DNA of 64,000 bases from a virus (lineage: Duplodnaviria; Caudoviricetes). The DNA is taken from IMG/VR virus record IMGVR_UViG_2675903061_000001, positions 24,380-88,379 of that record. One strand, 5' to 3'. The notes beneath the pieces were generated by a model. The model was not told where the DNA came from, made no database searches, and saw only the letters and a program-made list of their open reading frames with translations. A program made the translations under genes and the position numbers. Shown piece after piece: positions 18,642 to 27,847 of the stretch. The stretch's first letter is position 1; each line of letters begins with the position of its first letter.

Positions 18642-19031
18642 GTGCAGCGTACCGCCGCACCCACCCCGCAGGGCACCCCCACGCCCATCCCCGAGCCCCT
18701 CGCCCAGCGCATCCTCAACCGCATCGGCACCAGCACCAGCACCACCGCCCGCGCCCTCATCACCGGCATCGTCCGCATCGAAGCCCGCCGCTGGTGGCGC
18801 GACAACGCCACCGTGCCGCACATGCCCCCGCCCGAGGGAGGCGGCTACTGGGACGACCACGACCGCAGGCTCGACCAGCGCATCGCCGTCGCCCAGGCCG
18901 AGCAGGCCGCCGAGGCCGCCGTCCAGCCCCTCGTCGACCACCTCCACGCCACCCTCCCCGTTATCAACACCCGCGCCCAGTACCACACCGCCGTCCTCGA
19001 CACCCTCACCACCCCGGCGGTGGCCGCATGA
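18642..19031 (+). CDS. hypothetical protein
   Basis: AAGGAG RBS, GTG start. Confidence 0.65.
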   Translation: MQRTAAPTPQGTPTPIPEPLAQRILNRIGTSTSTTARALITGIVRIEARRWWRDNATVPHMPPPEGGGYWDDHDRRLDQRIAVAQAEQAAEAAVQPLVDHLHATLPVINTRAQYHTAVLDTLTTPAVAA

Positions 19032-19216
19032 GCACCCAGCCCGTGACCCCGGAGCCCGAGCTCCCCGTTCCGCACGCGGCTTCCCCGTCCGGTATCCGCC
19101 GCCGCATCGCCACCCCGCCCCCCGGGGCCCTCGCCGAACAGCGGCACCTCCTCGACGAGCACGACACCGCGTTCGCCTCCCTCGCCCCCGGCCACCCCAA
19201 CGGAGGCACCCGATGA
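19028..19216 (+). CDS. hypothetical protein
   Basis: ATGA overlaps. Confidence 0.55.
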   Translation: MSTQPVTPEPELPVPHAASPSGIRRRIATPPPGALAEQRHLLDEHDTAFASLAPGHPNGGTR

Positions 19217-19488
19217 GCGCTCTGTTCTGCGGCGACACCGCCGCCACCGACCTCGGCCGCCGACGCCGCGCCGCAGTCACGATCGCCGACCTCGCCGACG
19301 ACCAAGCCGCCCACGAGCGCGCAACAATCCTCCACGCCTGGCTCGCCGCCCAGGGCAACCCGGCCGCCGAAATCCGCGCCATGGCCGCCGCCACCCAGTA
19401 CGACGCCCAGCACCCCGACGACGACTCCCTCGCCGAGGAACTCGCCGCCACCACCGCCGGAGACGACGCGACGGAGGCGGCAGCATGA
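19213..19488 (+). CDS. hypothetical protein
   Basis: GGAGG RBS, ATGA overlaps. Confidence 0.6.
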   Translation: MSALFCGDTAATDLGRRRRAAVTIADLADDQAAHERATILHAWLAAQGNPAAEIRAMAAATQYDAQHPDDDSLAEELAATTAGDDATEAAA

Positions 19489-19724
19489 AGAACCTGTTCC
19501 GCCGCACCACCCCCGCGCCGGCCACCGAGCCCTGGCCCAACGGCGTCATCGCCCGCTACCTCACCCTCGCCAGCGCGACCGTGGACATCCACGACAACGA
19601 GACGGCGGCCTGCACCGGCTGCGGCAACGACCTCACCCTCGGCGCAGAAAGCGCACTCCGCGCCTGGGCCCAGACCCACGCCGAGAAATGCCGCGCCCTG
19701 CCCCGATGGGAGGTGGCCCCGTGA
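19485..19724 (+). CDS. small Zn-binding protein typical of Streptomyces plasmids/AICEs
   Basis: RYLT..CTGC..WAQTHAEKCRALP. Confidence 0.65.
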   Translation: MKNLFRRTTPAPATEPWPNGVIARYLTLASATVDIHDNETAACTGCGNDLTLGAESALRAWAQTHAEKCRALPRWEVAP

Positions 19725-19948
19725 TCGGCCGCCGCCGCACGCCGGAGCCGTGTGAGGCACTCGCCGCCGAAGAGCAGGCCCGAGGCGACAACACCGCCGC
19801 GTTCCTCGCCTCCATCACCGGCAACCCCGGCTACAGCCCCACCACCCTCGACGCCTACCGGGCCAGCATCCAGGACGCCTTCGGCAACGCCGCCGCCGCG
19901 ACCGCCCAGCCTGCCGACGTGCCGCGCAAGAAGCGGTGGGGCCAGTGA
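19721..19948 (+). CDS. hypothetical protein
   Basis: GGAGG RBS, GTGA overlap. Confidence 0.6.
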   Translation: MIGRRRTPEPCEALAAEEQARGDNTAAFLASITGNPGYSPTTLDAYRASIQDAFGNAAAATAQPADVPRKKRWGQ

Positions 19949-20028
19949 CCTTCGAATGCCCCGCGTGCGGGACCCGCACCGCGCACCCCGTCACCTGCGG
20001 CGGATGCGGCGCACCCCGCCCCCACTAG
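19945..20028 (+). CDS. 27-aa zinc-ribbon microprotein
   Basis: GTGA overlap; translates as MTFECPACGTRTAHPVTCGGCGAPRPH. Confidence 0.45.
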   Translation: MTFECPACGTRTAHPVTCGGCGAPRPH

Positions 20029-20105
20029 CCACCCCTCCCACCGCCGCCCGCCGGGCCCCACACCCACACCCGGCGGGCGGCCACCCCACCGCCCAGGAGA
20101 CCGCC

Positions 20106-20297
20106 GTGCCCACCCACAAGATCAACGAATCCGCCGCCGGATACCACGCCGGCACCACCGTCTCCGTCCGCCCCCTGCGCACCCTGCCAGGCGGCCTGAC
20201 CGAGGTCCAGGTCGAGGACTGCGGCACCGCCCTGCGGCAGGGCCAGACCCTCACCGTCCCCACCACCGAGATCCGCCCCTGGTGGTGGCGGCCGTGA
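20106..20297 (+). CDS. small hypothetical protein
   Basis: AGGAG RBS, GTG start. Confidence 0.55.
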   Translation: MPTHKINESAAGYHAGTTVSVRPLRTLPGGLTEVQVEDCGTALRQGQTLTVPTTEIRPWWWRP

Positions 20298-20554
20298 TCC
20301 CCACCGCAGAGCACCGCGCCGGCCAGGCGCTGCTGGACCGGCTCCACACCGCGCCCCTGTGGCGCCTGCTCCTCGCGGTCCCCGTCCTGCTGGTCCTGAT
20401 CGCTCTCGCCTCCGCCGCTCTCGCCGTCGCCGTGTTCGGGCTCGTCGGCTGGCGGCTGCTGCTCTACGCCACGACCGAAACCACCCCCGCCACCGAACCG
20501 GCCGCCCGGGGGGCCCACACCCGCTACCGCACTGAGGAGGTGCCCGCCACATGA
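20294..20554 (+). CDS. small membrane protein (Spd-like)
   Basis: Long hydrophobic stretch; lies in the transfer operon. Confidence 0.6.
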   Translation: MIPTAEHRAGQALLDRLHTAPLWRLLLAVPVLLVLIALASAALAVAVFGLVGWRLLLYATTETTPATEPAARGAHTRYRTEEVPAT

Positions 20555-21858
20555 CCACCATCACCGCCGCCAACGGCACCGCTCCCGCCCCCGCCTCCGA
20601 GCACCCGGCCCCCGGCACCGAGCCGTCCGAGGCCGAACTCGCCTCCTACACTCTCGCCGCCGCCCGGGCTGAGGCGATCCGACGCGAGGCCGAAGCCGCC
20701 GCCGAGGCCCAGCGGATCCGCGCGGAGGGAGAGGCCGAAGCCGCCCGCATCAAGGCTGCCGAGGAAGCCGAGCGGCAGCGCCTCGCGAACGAGCGCGCCG
20801 CGATGCGCCTGGAGAAGGAACGAGCCGACCACGAAGCCCGCATGGCGGAGGCCCGCGCCCGCAAGGCCGCAGCCGAAGCCGCCGCCGCCGAGCAGCGGCA
20901 GGCCGCCGAGAAGCAGGCCGCCGCCGAAGCCGCCGCCGCACAGAAGACCGAGAAGGCCGCCACCCGCTGGCGCCGCACCGCGATGGGCTTCTACGCCCTG
21001 TGCGCCGCCGTGGCACTGCCCGTGCAGATGGCCGCCTTCTACGACCCCTACCGCATGTACCTGCTGCTGGCCCCCGTGCTGATCGAGGTGAGCGCGCTCG
21101 TCGTCCTCATCGGCGCCGCCGCCGCGGTCACCGACCGGCGCCCGCACTGGCACTACCGGCTCATCGCCTGGGGCTGCGCCTTCGTCGCCGCCGGCATCAA
21201 CTTCACCCACGGGCTGGAGGCGTTCGACACGGCGACCGCCGTCGGCACCGCGATCGCGTCGATCGCCGGGCCCGGCATCTGGGACCTGCATGAGCACGGC
21301 CGGATCCGGGCGCGGGACGGCAAGCTGTCCTGGACTCAGCGCCGCGCCGCCCGCACCGCGGCCAAGGCCGAGGCGAAGCGCCGCGCGGAGGAGAGCGCCC
21401 GCGCCGAGGCCGAGAAGCAGGCCGCCGAGGAGGCCGCCCGCGCCCGCGCCACCGAGCTCGCCGCGCAGCGGCAGGAGTCGTACCCCGAGGAGTGGAAGCG
21501 CGCCCTGGAGCTGGCCGCCGCCCTCGGCGAAACCGACGTCACCGACACCGTGTGGGCCCGCGCCTGGGACGACCTGCACGCCCTGCCGCCCGGGCAGACC
21601 GTGGACTCCATCCGGGGCCGGAACCAAGCCGCGCGCCGTGTCATCGCCGCCAAGTCCGAGGCCCCCGGAGAGACCCCGCGCAAGATCACGTCGGGGCAGG
21701 TCGCCACCCAAATGCCCACCCCCCGAACACGCGCACGCACCGGCCCCAAGCCCACCCCGCCCGTGCGGCGCCGCGGCGACACCCCCCGCTACTCCACCGG
21801 AGCCCGCCGCGCCGCCTCCATCACCGCCAAGCAGGCCACCCAGAAGGAAGACAAGTGA
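20551..21858 (+). CDS. Coiled-coil plus 4-TM spread protein (SpdB2/DUF2637-like)
   Basis: Ala/Glu/Arg coiled coil, four hydrophobic helices, basic C-terminal tail; upstream of traB. Confidence 0.7.
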   Translation: MTTITAANGTAPAPASEHPAPGTEPSEAELASYTLAAARAEAIRREAEAAAEAQRIRAEGEAEAARIKAAEEAERQRLANERAAMRLEKERADHEARMAEARARKAAAEAAAAEQRQAAEKQAAAEAAAAQKTEKAATRWRRTAMGFYALCAAVALPVQMAAFYDPYRMYLLLAPVLIEVSALVVLIGAAAAVTDRRPHWHYRLIAWGCAFVAAGINFTHGLEAFDTATAVGTAIASIAGPGIWDLHEHGRIRARDGKLSWTQRRAARTAAKAEAKRRAEESARAEAEKQAAEEAARARATELAAQRQESYPEEWKRALELAAALGETDVTDTVWARAWDDLHALPPGQTVDSIRGRNQAARRVIAAKSEAPGETPRKITSGQVATQMPTPRTRARTGPKPTPPVRRRGDTPRYSTGARRAASITAKQATQKEDK

Positions 21859-22052
21859 CCGCCCCCGCCGGCCGCCGGCCGACCCTTCCCGTCATCGTCG
21901 TCCCCGCCGCCGCCGCGGCCGCCGGGACCGCCGCCTTCGGGCTCGTACCCGCCCTCGGCCTGCTCGCCGCCCTCGCCGCATCCGCAGCCCTCATCCTCGC
22001 CGGACTCGCCATCGCCGCGATCCCCGCCGCCGTCGCCCGCTTCCGCCGCTGA
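21855..22052 (+). CDS. small hydrophobic protein (Spd-like)
   Basis: 65 aa, almost entirely hydrophobic; GTGA overlap. Confidence 0.6.
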   Translation: MTAPAGRRPTLPVIVVPAAAAAAGTAAFGLVPALGLLAALAASAALILAGLAIAAIPAAVARFRR

Positions 22053-22067
22053 CCCCGGAGCCACACC

Positions 22068-24185
22068 ATGTCCCAGCCCGCCGAGATGCCCCAGGACGCC
22101 GAGGTGTACGACCTCACCACCCGCCTCCCGCACCCCACCGCCGGGACCGCGCCGGTCATCAAGGAGCCCGCCCCGCCCGCCCGCCGCGACATCCCCGCGG
22201 CACTGCGGGGAGCCGCCTACACCACCGCCGTCGGCACCGGCCACGCCCTCGGCACCGCCTGGGACTACCTCCGCGCCCGCGACGCCTCCTACGCCATCCA
22301 CCTCGCCCACCAGGCCCTCGAAGACCTCCGCCGCCAGATCAACGCGGGCCAGATGGAGCCGGACGAAGGCCGCGCAGCAGTGCAGGAGCGCCGCACCGAG
22401 CTGGAACGCCTCCGCGCCGAACGCAAAGCCCTGCGCCGCGAACGCCTCCGCGAACCCGGCACCGTCACCTGCCTGTCCAGCGCCGCCTTCTACATCGGCC
22501 TGGCCGCCGGCGCGGTCGACGCGTTCGGCGCCCTCACCCTCGCCCCCTGGCTCACCATCCCGGCCCTCGCCGCCTGGCTCGCCGGACGCCGCGCCCTCAC
22601 CCGCCGCAACACCCTCCCGCGGGTCGTGCCCGGCCAAGTCGTCAACACCCGCGACGAACCGCAGCACACCGCGATCGACGGGGACACCACCCGTACCGAC
22701 GCAGACACAACGGCCTCTGACGACGCCCGTATCGTCGCCGCCCTCCGCGACATCAAACTCATCACCGACGCCCAGAGCATCCGGCCGATCGGCATCCCCC
22801 ACCAGGACGAGCACGGCAACACCATCACCGAGTTCACCCTCCCGCCCGGCATCGTGTGCGAAACCCTCCAGCGCAAGGCCAAGCCCTTCGCCGGCGCCCT
22901 CGGCCTGTCCGCCGACCGCATCGACATCGCCCAAGGCGACGCCGAAGGCGACGTCCGGCTGTGGATCGCCACCCGGCCCCCCTTCTCCGGACCCGCCCCA
23001 GCCTCCCCCCTCACCACGGCCGACCGCTGGTCCGTATGGAACGGCGTCCCCTTCGCCACCACCCGCAAGGGCGAGCGCAAGACCCTCCAGCTCCTGTGGT
23101 CGTCGATGCTGTTCGGCGGCGCCCAGGGCTACGGCAAGACCACCGCCATGCGCCTGCCCGCCGCCGCAGGCGTCCTCGACCCCCACTGCCGCCCCCTGCT
23201 CGCCGACTTCAAGGGCGGCGCCGACTGGGAGGAGATGGAGCAGGTCGCCCACACCGCGATCATCGGCGCCGACCCCGACGCCATCGACGCCTTCATCGCC
23301 CTCATCGACGACCTCATCGACGAGATGGACCGCCGCTTCGCCGCGATCCGCGCCATGCCCAAGGCCAAGCGGCCCGACATGCGCATCACACCCGCCATGG
23401 CCCGCGAACACAACATGCCGACCATGCTGCTCCTCATCGACGAACTCCAGGAAGCCTTCGGCGCGATCGCCGCCCGGGGCGCCGACAAGGAGACCGGCAC
23501 CCCGCCCGGGAAGAAGCAGCTGGAGCTGCTGGTGGAGAAACTTGCCCGGCTCATCCGCCGCGGCCGGGCCTGCGGCCTCATCGTCATCGCCTCCGGGCAG
23601 CGGCCCGACGCCGACAGCGTGCCCACCGCCTTCCGCGACGTCATCCTCACCCGCTACAGCGTGCACACCGTCGACGACACCAGCTCCGACATGATCCTCG
23701 GCTCCGGAGCGGCCCGGCAGGGCGTATCAGCCGCCGGGATCGGCCGGATCGGGGTCGGCGCCCTCATGGAGCCCTCCGGCGGTGAACTCGTCCAGCCCGA
23801 CCTGATCACCCCGCAGCAGTTCGAGGCCATCTGCGCCCGCGGCCGGGAACTGCGGGCCGAGGCAGGCACCCTGACCGGCCACGCCGCCGGGCAGACCGGC
23901 GACCGGCCGGCCGGACTGCTGGGCCTGCTGCTGGCCGTGTTCGCCGCTGCCGGAGATCCGGAGTACCTGCGCACTCCCGACCTGCTGGCCGGGCTCACCG
24001 CCCGGGAGCCGGAGCCGTGGGCGGCCGTGGCCGCCGGGGACCCGCGGGCGGCTGGCCGGGAGCTGCGCGAGGCCCTCACCGCCGCCCTCCCGCCAGGCCG
24101 GACGCTGGCGCCGGTCGAGCGTTCCTGGGGCCGCGGCTACCTCCTCACCGACGTCCGCGCCGCCGCCGGGATTGCCACGAAATGA
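22068..24185 (+). CDS. traB: FtsK/SpoIIIE-family conjugative DNA translocase (TraB)
   Basis: N-terminal TM segments, Walker A GGAQGYGKT, ADFKGG, Walker B LLIDE, GRACG..GQRP, C-terminal wHTH-like domain. Confidence 0.88.
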   Translation: MSQPAEMPQDAEVYDLTTRLPHPTAGTAPVIKEPAPPARRDIPAALRGAAYTTAVGTGHALGTAWDYLRARDASYAIHLAHQALEDLRRQINAGQMEPDEGRAAVQERRTELERLRAERKALRRERLREPGTVTCLSSAAFYIGLAAGAVDAFGALTLAPWLTIPALAAWLAGRRALTRRNTLPRVVPGQVVNTRDEPQHTAIDGDTTRTDADTTASDDARIVAALRDIKLITDAQSIRPIGIPHQDEHGNTITEFTLPPGIVCETLQRKAKPFAGALGLSADRIDIAQGDAEGDVRLWIATRPPFSGPAPASPLTTADRWSVWNGVPFATTRKGERKTLQLLWSSMLFGGAQGYGKTTAMRLPAAAGVLDPHCRPLLADFKGGADWEEMEQVAHTAIIGADPDAIDAFIALIDDLIDEMDRRFAAIRAMPKAKRPDMRITPAMAREHNMPTMLLLIDELQEAFGAIAARGADKETGTPPGKKQLELLVEKLARLIRRGRACGLIVIASGQRPDADSVPTAFRDVILTRYSVHTVDDTSSDMILGSGAARQGVSAAGIGRIGVGALMEPSGGELVQPDLITPQQFEAICARGRELRAEAGTLTGHAAGQTGDRPAGLLGLLLAVFAAAGDPEYLRTPDLLAGLTAREPEPWAAVAAGDPRAAGRELREALTAALPPGRTLAPVERSWGRGYLLTDVRAAAGIATK

Positions 24186-24187
24186 TC

Positions 24188-24330
24188 CACGCGACGGGCA
24201 CGCGACACCACGCGACGGTGCAGGTCAGCGACGCGACACCCCACGCGACACCCGGCGCGCCGACGCGACGCCATCGCATGACCAGAGCCCTGCATCGCAT
24301 GCCCATCGCGTCCCTGACCAGCAGCGTCGC
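24188..24330 (+). repeat. clt-like locus: 8-bp TraB recognition repeats
   Basis: (C/G)ACGCGAC at 24188, 24199, 24209, 24230, 24242 and 24262, then degenerate inverted copies; begins 3 nt after the traB stop. Confidence 0.75.
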
Positions 24331-24385
24331 ATCCCGCGCCGCCGCCCATCCCATGCCCAAACCCGTACAAACCGGAGGCCCGCCG

Positions 24386-24910
24386 ATGAGCCAGCCCACG
24401 CCCTACGAGACCCCCGCCTACACCATCACCACCGCCCCCGACACCCCCGGCACAGCCCTGACACCCGCCTCCGGCCACGCCCCGGCCCTGGCGCCCGGCA
24501 CCCAGGTCGTCACCCTCCCCACCGGCGAACACGCCCTCGCCCACCTCCACCCCGGGCCACCCGAACCCGCCCCGCCCCAGGCCGCCCAGCCCATCCCCGC
24601 CTGGGCCAAGGGCACCGCCCTCGTCACCGGCGCCGCAGGAGCCGGCATCGGAGCCGCATCCGCCGGCCTCTCCCTCCTCGTGCCCACCCTCACCAGCGCG
24701 GCCCCCGCCCTGGCGGCCCCCGCCCTGGCGGCTGCCGGCCTCGGTGTCGCCGCGGCCGGAGCCGGGATCGCCGCCGCAGCCCGAGCACTCCGCGCCCCCA
24801 CCACCCCGACTGCTGACACCGGCCCCGACATCGCCGTCGCCACCGCCCACGGACGCGGCCCCCTCGGCCGCCGCATCACCGCAACCGCAACCGCCACCAT
24901 CCGAAAGTAG
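24386..24910 (+). CDS. Pro-rich two-TM protein (SpdD-like)
   Basis: GGAGG RBS; Gly/Ala-rich hydrophobic hairpin. Confidence 0.6.
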   Translation: MSQPTPYETPAYTITTAPDTPGTALTPASGHAPALAPGTQVVTLPTGEHALAHLHPGPPEPAPPQAAQPIPAWAKGTALVTGAAGAGIGAASAGLSLLVPTLTSAAPALAAPALAAAGLGVAAAGAGIAAAARALRAPTTPTADTGPDIAVATAHGRGPLGRRITATATATIRK

Positions 24911-24920
24911 GAGAACCGCC

Positions 24921-25088
24921 ATGCCCACCGACTACCTGGCCCAGTACCGGCAGGCCATCACCGACGGCAACCACGACTTCGCCCGCACCATCCTCACCAC
25001 AGCCGTCAGCGCCGCCCAGGCCGGAGCCATCGGCCCCCACCAGATCCGGGCCCTGGTCGAAGAAGCCAAGGCCAACCCCCCGAAGTGA
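24921..25088 (+). CDS. hypothetical protein
   Basis: AGGAG RBS. Confidence 0.6.
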   Translation: MPTDYLAQYRQAITDGNHDFARTILTTAVSAAQAGAIGPHQIRALVEEAKANPPK

Positions 25089-25111
25089 CCCCAGAGAGGA
25101 AACCAACCGCC

Positions 25112-25444
25112 ATGGGATGGACCATCCCGCATATCGCCGGACGCACCAACCTCCGCCCCTACTCCTTCGTCGCCGACTCCCTGGACATCTTCCAGAAGTC
25201 GGCCCGCACCGACAGCGAGCGCGAAGCCCTGCGCGTACTGCGGGCCCCCATGACCCCGGGCCACCCCGACTTCAGCAACGGCTACCACCAGTACGACCCC
25301 GGCCAGGCCGCGCAAATCCGTGACGGACTCCGTAGCCTCCGCCTCGGGCTGTTCACCAGCAAGGACGTCAAGACCTTCCGGGACCAGCTCGCCGACGCCG
25401 CCGACAAGGCCGCCAAGTCGGGCCGCCCGTGGGAATGGGACTGA
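25112..25444 (+). CDS. hypothetical protein
   Basis: GAGG RBS; frame of ORF 25085..25444. Confidence 0.65.
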   Translation: MGWTIPHIAGRTNLRPYSFVADSLDIFQKSARTDSEREALRVLRAPMTPGHPDFSNGYHQYDPGQAAQIRDGLRSLRLGLFTSKDVKTFRDQLADAADKAAKSGRPWEWD

Positions 25445-25446
25445 CC

Positions 25447-25848
25447 GTGCTGTTCCGCGACCCCGACCGCCGCGCCGCCCGCCGCTTCGCCAAGACGGCG
25501 AAGATCGGCACCACCTACTACTACGCCGCCACCGTCCACCTCTACCCGCCCTTCGGGGACATGCGGCTCCTCGACACCATCGTCTTCGACCGCCGGCACA
25601 TCCTCGACGGCACCCCCTCCCGGGGCGCCTTCTCCGCCGAGAGCTACTGGCTCACCTGCGGCCCGCTCTACGCCAACCGCAACGACCCCGCCATCCGCAA
25701 CCTCAAGACCATCAAGGAGTGGGAAGCCGAAGCCGCCGCCCGCTCCGACGCCTACGCCCGCTCCGGAGCGCTCGACCGCGACCTCGCCAAACAACTCGCC
25801 GCCTACCGCACCAACCGCGACAAAGCCCTCGCCACCGCCGCCCACTGA
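25447..25848 (+). CDS. hypothetical protein
   Basis: GTG start 2 nt after the upstream stop. Confidence 0.65.
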   Translation: MLFRDPDRRAARRFAKTAKIGTTYYYAATVHLYPPFGDMRLLDTIVFDRRHILDGTPSRGAFSAESYWLTCGPLYANRNDPAIRNLKTIKEWEAEAAARSDAYARSGALDRDLAKQLAAYRTNRDKALATAAH

Positions 25849-25914
25849 CCAGACGCCCAACCCCCGGCCCGCACCACACGGTGCGGGCCACCCGCACTGC
25901 GGAACAATGAGCAC

Positions 25915-26154
25915 ATGGAACCCCGCCTCTACGCCGCCGCCCGGACCGGCACGACGCCCGAGGAGATCACCCGGGCCGTCTGCCGAGAGCTGGCCGACTA
26001 CCTGGACGAGGAGCACGCCCTGTATGCGGCCACGCTCACCTCCAGCCGCAACGGCGCCCGCGATCCCGGCCCGGGTGACCACGCACACCTCGGCGCCATC
26101 ACCCAGGCTGCGGAACTGATGCGCCGCGTCGGAGACGAGAGGATGCCGTCATGA
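25915..26154 (+). CDS. hypothetical protein
   Basis: ORF coupled to the next gene. Confidence 0.5.
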   Translation: MEPRLYAAARTGTTPEEITRAVCRELADYLDEEHALYAATLTSSRNGARDPGPGDHAHLGAITQAAELMRRVGDERMPS

Positions 26155-26510
26155 ACCAGACCCCGCCACCCGACAACGCCGCCGCCATGGCAATGACCGC
26201 CTACACCCTCGGCCGCGCCCTCTACACCGCAGCCCTCCGCGGCGGCGTCTCGGAGACAGTCCGGGACCGGATGATGAAGCCACGCCCCGGGGACCTGGTC
26301 ATCGAGGTCACCGCCTTCCACACCCAGCTCGACCCGGACGGCATCGGCCGACTGGTGAGTATCCAGGGAACGCCCGAGATGCCGGAGCGGTACGTCGTCG
26401 AACCGCTGCACCGGCCAGGCACCCAGCAGGGGTGGCGGAACGCGACGTTCGCGGCGGTGCCGGACCAGCCGAGTGCGGAACGGTGGGCCGAAGGAGGGGA
26501 GCCGTCATGA
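26151..26510 (+). CDS. hypothetical protein
   Basis: ATGA overlaps. Confidence 0.6.
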   Translation: MNQTPPPDNAAAMAMTAYTLGRALYTAALRGGVSETVRDRMMKPRPGDLVIEVTAFHTQLDPDGIGRLVSIQGTPEMPERYVVEPLHRPGTQQGWRNATFAAVPDQPSAERWAEGGEPS

Positions 26511-26821
26511 ACCTCGACGAGATCATCCGCCGCACCAACCGAGACGGCCAGCACACCGTGCACGACTACCGGACCCAAACCCTCGGCCACGCCTGCACCG
26601 TCAACCGGCGCATCCACGACGGCCACTACAACGTCACCGGCTTCGGCCCCATCCTCGGCCCACGCCCCAGCATCGGCGACTACGTCATCATGCCAGGCAG
26701 CACCGGCGGCCTGTTCTGCGGCAGGATCGAAACCCTGGACCTGCGCATGAACCCCGACGACATGTGGTTCGCCACCATCAGCAAGCAGCCCGACCCGCCC
26801 TGGATGAAGGACCCCGAATGA
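26507..26821 (+). CDS. hypothetical protein
   Basis: GGAGG RBS, ATGA overlap. Confidence 0.6.
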   Translation: MNLDEIIRRTNRDGQHTVHDYRTQTLGHACTVNRRIHDGHYNVTGFGPILGPRPSIGDYVIMPGSTGGLFCGRIETLDLRMNPDDMWFATISKQPDPPWMKDPE

Positions 26822-26845
26822 CCGACACCCTGATCGAGTTCTTCC

Positions 26846-27238
26846 ATGACCGCGCCCGACCCTGACAAGGACCTGGACGCCTGGATCAGCGAGCACCTCG
26901 CCCGGCCCGAGGTCGCCGCCCGAATGCACGACGAGCTCCTCGCCACCCTCCATGCCGACCGGAACCAGCCCCCCGAACCGCCCCCGGCCACCACGATGCC
27001 CATGCCGGAGTTCCCCCGCTTCGGCGTGGCCCGGTACCGGTGCCCGCGCGGCTGCGGATGGTCGCACGACGAACCCACCGACCCCGGTCCGTCCGCGCTG
27101 ATCCCCCCGGCCGACCCCCGGGAACTGGGCGCGATGCTCACGCTGAACGCGGAGGCGCGTAGCCTGGCGTACCAGGCCCGGGTGGAGGCGGCCATCGCCC
27201 GGCACTACGCCGAAACACACCCCGGAGCCAGCCCATGA
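26846..27238 (+). CDS. hypothetical protein (CPRGC..H motif)
   Basis: ORF coupled to the next gene. Confidence 0.55.
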   Translation: MTAPDPDKDLDAWISEHLARPEVAARMHDELLATLHADRNQPPEPPPATTMPMPEFPRFGVARYRCPRGCGWSHDEPTDPGPSALIPPADPRELGAMLTLNAEARSLAYQARVEAAIARHYAETHPGASP

Positions 27239-27747
27239 CCGACGATCCGACCGCCGCTCTGATCGCCTTCATCCGCGGCCGCCTCGACGAACGAGAGCAG
27301 CGCGCCCAGCGCCAGCGCCGTGTACGGGACTTCTACCGCGAGCCGTGCCCCCGCTGCGGGCGCCCCGCCGATGGCTTCGGCAGCGCCATCGACGAGGGCG
27401 CCGCCGCCCGGATCACCCACCAGGGCGACCCGCTCGGGTGCGCGCTCACCGCCGAGGAGTGGGCCGCGTTCGGTGACGGCGGACCCACCCCGGAGGCCAC
27501 CGCGCAACTGCGGGAGACCGAGGTCGACCGAAGCCTGCTCCAGGAGTACCAGAACCTGCTGAGCGCCCAGCAAGAGAACGCCCGCGAGACCGCAGAACAA
27601 GGCGAACACGACACCCTCCGCGGCGAGGCCGACTACATCGCCGCCGGCCTCCGCGTACTGGAGCGATGGGCGTGGCGCAAGGCCGCCATCTGGGCAGACC
27701 ACCCTGACTACCAGCCCGCAGCGGACACCACAATCCCCGAGAGTTGA
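27235..27747 (+). CDS. DUF6221-like phage protein
   Basis: LIAFIRGRLDE N-terminus and WADHPDY C-terminus. Confidence 0.65.
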   Translation: MTDDPTAALIAFIRGRLDEREQRAQRQRRVRDFYREPCPRCGRPADGFGSAIDEGAAARITHQGDPLGCALTAEEWAAFGDGGPTPEATAQLRETEVDRSLLQEYQNLLSAQQENARETAEQGEHDTLRGEADYIAAGLRVLERWAWRKAAIWADHPDYQPAADTTIPES

Positions 27748-27773
27748 CGCCCTCACCTGCGCCAACGTATCGT
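27744..27773 (+). promoter_or_regulatory. Putative late promoter
   Basis: TTGACG-N18-TATCGT. Confidence 0.55.
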
Positions 27774-27799
27774 GACGTTGAATCGGCAGACTCGCGCCT

Positions 27800-27832
27800 A
27801 GGGCCACCCCCACCGGGTGGCCCTTCGTCGTT
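27800..27832 (+). terminator. Terminator/attenuator just downstream of the late promoter
   Basis: AGGGCCACCC-CCACC-GGGTGGCCCT followed by TCGTCGTT. Confidence 0.65.
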
Positions 27833-27847
27833 CCCGGGGAGGTGACC

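Noticed and set aside
24188-24330. Repeats as CRISPR or as part of a coding ORF (24017..24910 / 24172..24816)
   Set aside because: Units are only 8 bp; the plausible start with an RBS is at 24386
16238-27747. An autonomous AICE or plasmid inserted in the prophage
   Set aside because: No replication initiator, integrase or flanking direct repeats found within the segment; a decayed insertion cannot be fully excluded
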